DNA from: Rebecca billardiae RCC1528
Taxonomy: Eukaryota > Protista > Haptophyta
Length of the DNA: 64,000 nt
Direction: 5' to 3'
Assembly: GCA_965240325.2 (NCBI GenBank)
Contig: OZ251238.1
Location: 1 to 64,000, forward strand
Shown piece by piece: positions 59,001 to 62,000 of this stretch. Each line of letters opens with the position of its first letter. Within the stretch, counting starts at the first letter, position 1. The position numbers and the translations under genes are program-made. The notes below the pieces were generated by a model. That model was not told the DNA's origin and made no database searches. It saw only the letters and a program-made list of their open reading frames with translations.

Positions 59001-62000
59001 CCCTCCCCGCCGCCCTCGCCGCCGCCGAGCCCGCCTCCGTCTCCACCGCCATCGCCGCCACCGGCAGCCTCGCCGCTGCCACCACCGTCGCCGCCGCCAT
59101 CGCCGCCGCCGAGCCCGCCGCCATCACCACCGCCTTCGCCGCCGCCCTCCCCGCCGCCCTCGCCGCCGCCGAGCCCGCCTCCGTCGCCACCGCCATCGCC
59201 GCCACCGGCAGCCTCGCCGCTTCCACCACCGTCCCCGCCGCCGTCGCCGCCGCCGAGCCCGCCGCCATCACCACCGCCTTCGCCTCCTCCGAGCCCACCG
59301 CCGCCAGTCCCACCGCCCTCGCCGCCCCCTAGCCCTCCGCCCAGCCCGCCGCCGTCGCCACCGCCGGCACCGCCACCGCCACCGAGGGCGCAGCCCTTCC
59401 CACCGCCGAGCCCACCTGCGCCGCCGCCCAGCCCTCCGCCGAGCCCGCCGCCGCAGCCGCCGCCGAGCCCGCCCCCGGTGTCACCTCCGCTGCCACCGCC
59501 CTCGCCACCGCCCAGCCCACCGCCGCCGGCGCCGCCGCCGTCCCCTCCTCCACAGCCGCCGCCGAGCCCGCCACCGACGCAGCCGCCGTCCCCGCCACCC
59601 TCGCCGCCACCTTCGCCGCCGCCCAGCCCGCCTCCGACGCCACCGCCATCGCCACCACCGTCGCCGCCACCGGCAGCCTCGCCGCTGCCACCACCGTCTC
59701 CGCCGCCGTCGCCGCCGCCGAGCCCGCCGCCATCACCACCGCCTTCGCCGCCGCCCTCTCCGCCGCCCTCGCCGCCGCCGAGCCCGCCTCCATCGCCACC
59801 GCCGTCGCCGCCACCGGCAGCCTCGCCGCTGCCACCGCCGTCGCCGCCGCCATCGCCGCCGCCGAGCCAGCCGCCATCACCACCGCCTTCGCCGCCGCCC
59901 TCTCCGCCGCCCTCGCCGCCGCCGAGCCCGCCTCCGTCGCCACCGCCATCGCCGCCACCGGCAGCCTCGCCGCTGCCACCGCCGTCCCCGCCGCCGTCGC
60001 CGCCGCCGAGCCCGCCGCCATCACCACCGCCTTCGCCTCCTCCGAGCCCACCGCCGCCAGTCCCACCGCCCTCGCCGCCCCCTAGCCCTCCGCCCAGCCC
60101 GCCGCCGTCGCCACCGCCGGCACCGCCACCGCCACCGAGGGCGCAGCCCTTCCCACCGCCGAGCCCACCTGCGCCGCCGCCCAGCCCTCCGCCGAGCCCG
60201 CCGCCGCAGCCGCCGCCGAGCCCGCCCCCGGCGTCACCTCCGCTGCCACCGCCCTCGCCACCGCCGAGCCCACCGCCGCCGGCGCCGCCGCCGTCCCCTC
60301 CTCCACAGCCGCCGCCGAGCCCGCCACCGACGCAGCCGCCGTCCCCGCCACCGTCGCCGCCACCTTCGCCGCCGCCCAGCCCGCCTCCGACGCCACCGCC
60401 ATCGCCACCACCGTCGCCGCCACCGGCAGCCTCGCCGCTGCCACCACCGTCTCCGCCGCCGTCGCCGCCGCCGAGCCCGCCGCCATCACCACCGCCTTCC
60501 CCGCCGCCCTCTCCGCCGCCCTCGCCGCCGCCGAGCCCGCCTCCGTCGCCACCGCCATCGCCGCCACCGGCAGCCTCGCCGCTGCCACCGCCGTCCCCGC
60601 CGCCGTCGCCGCCGCCGAGCCCGCCGCCATCACCACCGCCTTCGCCTCCTCCGAGCCCACCGCCGCCAGTCCCACCGCCCTCGCCGCCCCCTAGCCCTCC
60701 GCCCAGCCCGCCGCCGTCGCCACCGCCGGCACCGCCACCGCCACCGAGGGCGCAGCCCTTCCCACCGCCGAGCCCACCTGCGCCGCCGCCCAGCCCTCCG
60801 CCGAGCCCGCCGCCGCAGCCGCCGCCGAGCCCGCCCCCGGCGTTACCTCCGCTGCCACCGCCCTCGCCACCGCCGAGCCCACCGCCGCCGGCGCCGCCGC
60901 CGTCCCCTCCTCCACAGCCGCCGCCGAGCCCGCCTCCGTCGCCGCCGCCATCGCCACCACCGTCGCCGCCACCGGCAGCCTCGCCGCTGCCACCACCGTC
61001 TCCCCCGCCATCGCCGCCGCCGAGCCCGCCGCCATCACCAGCGCCCTCGCCGCCGCCCTCGCCGCCGCCCTTGCCGCCGCCGAGCCCGCCTCCGTCGCCA
61101 CCGCCGTCGCCGCCACCGGCAGCCTCGCCGCTGCCACCGCCGTCCCCGCCACCATCGCCGCCGCCAAGCCCGCCGCCATCACCACCGCCCTCGCCGCCGC
61201 CCTCTCGGCCGCCCTCTCCGCCGCCGAGCCCGCCTCCGTCGCCACCGCCATCGCCGCCACCGGCAGCCTCGCCGCTTCCACCACCGTCCCCGCCGCCGTC
61301 GCCGCCGCCGAGCCCGCCGCCATCACCACCGCCTTCGCCTCCTCCGAGCCCACCGCCGCCAGTCCCACCGCCCTCGCCGCCCCCTAGCCCTCCGCCCAGC
61401 CCGCCGCCGTCGCCACCGCCGGCACCGCCACCGCCACCGAGGGCGCAGCCCTTCCCACCGCCGAGCCCACCTGCGCCGCCGCCCAGCCCTCCGCCGAGCC
61501 CGCCGCCGCAGCCGCCGCCGAGCCCGCCCCCGGCGTCACCTCCGCTGCCACCGCCCTCGCCACCGCCCAGCCCACCGCCGCCGGCGCCGCCGCCGTCCCC
61601 TCCTCCACAGCCGCCGCCGAGCCCGCCACCGACGCAGCCGCCGTCCCCGCCACCCTCGCCGCCACCTTCGCCGCCGCCCAGCCCGCCTCCGACGCCACCG
61701 CCATCGCCACCACCGTCGCCGCCACCGGCAGCCTCGCCGCTGCCACCACCGTCTCCGCCGCCGTCGCCGCCGCCGAGCCCGCCGCCATCACCACCGCCTT
61801 CCCCGCCGCCCTCTCCGCCGCCCTCGCCGCCGCCGAGCCCGCCTCCGTCGCCACCGCCGTCGCCGCCACCGGCAGCCTCGCCGCTGCCACCGCCGTCGCC
61901 GCCGCCATCGCCGCCGCCGAGCCAGCCGCCATCACCACCGCCTTCGCCGCCGCCCTCTCCGCCGCCCTCGCCGCCGCCGAGCCCGCCTCCGTCGCAACCG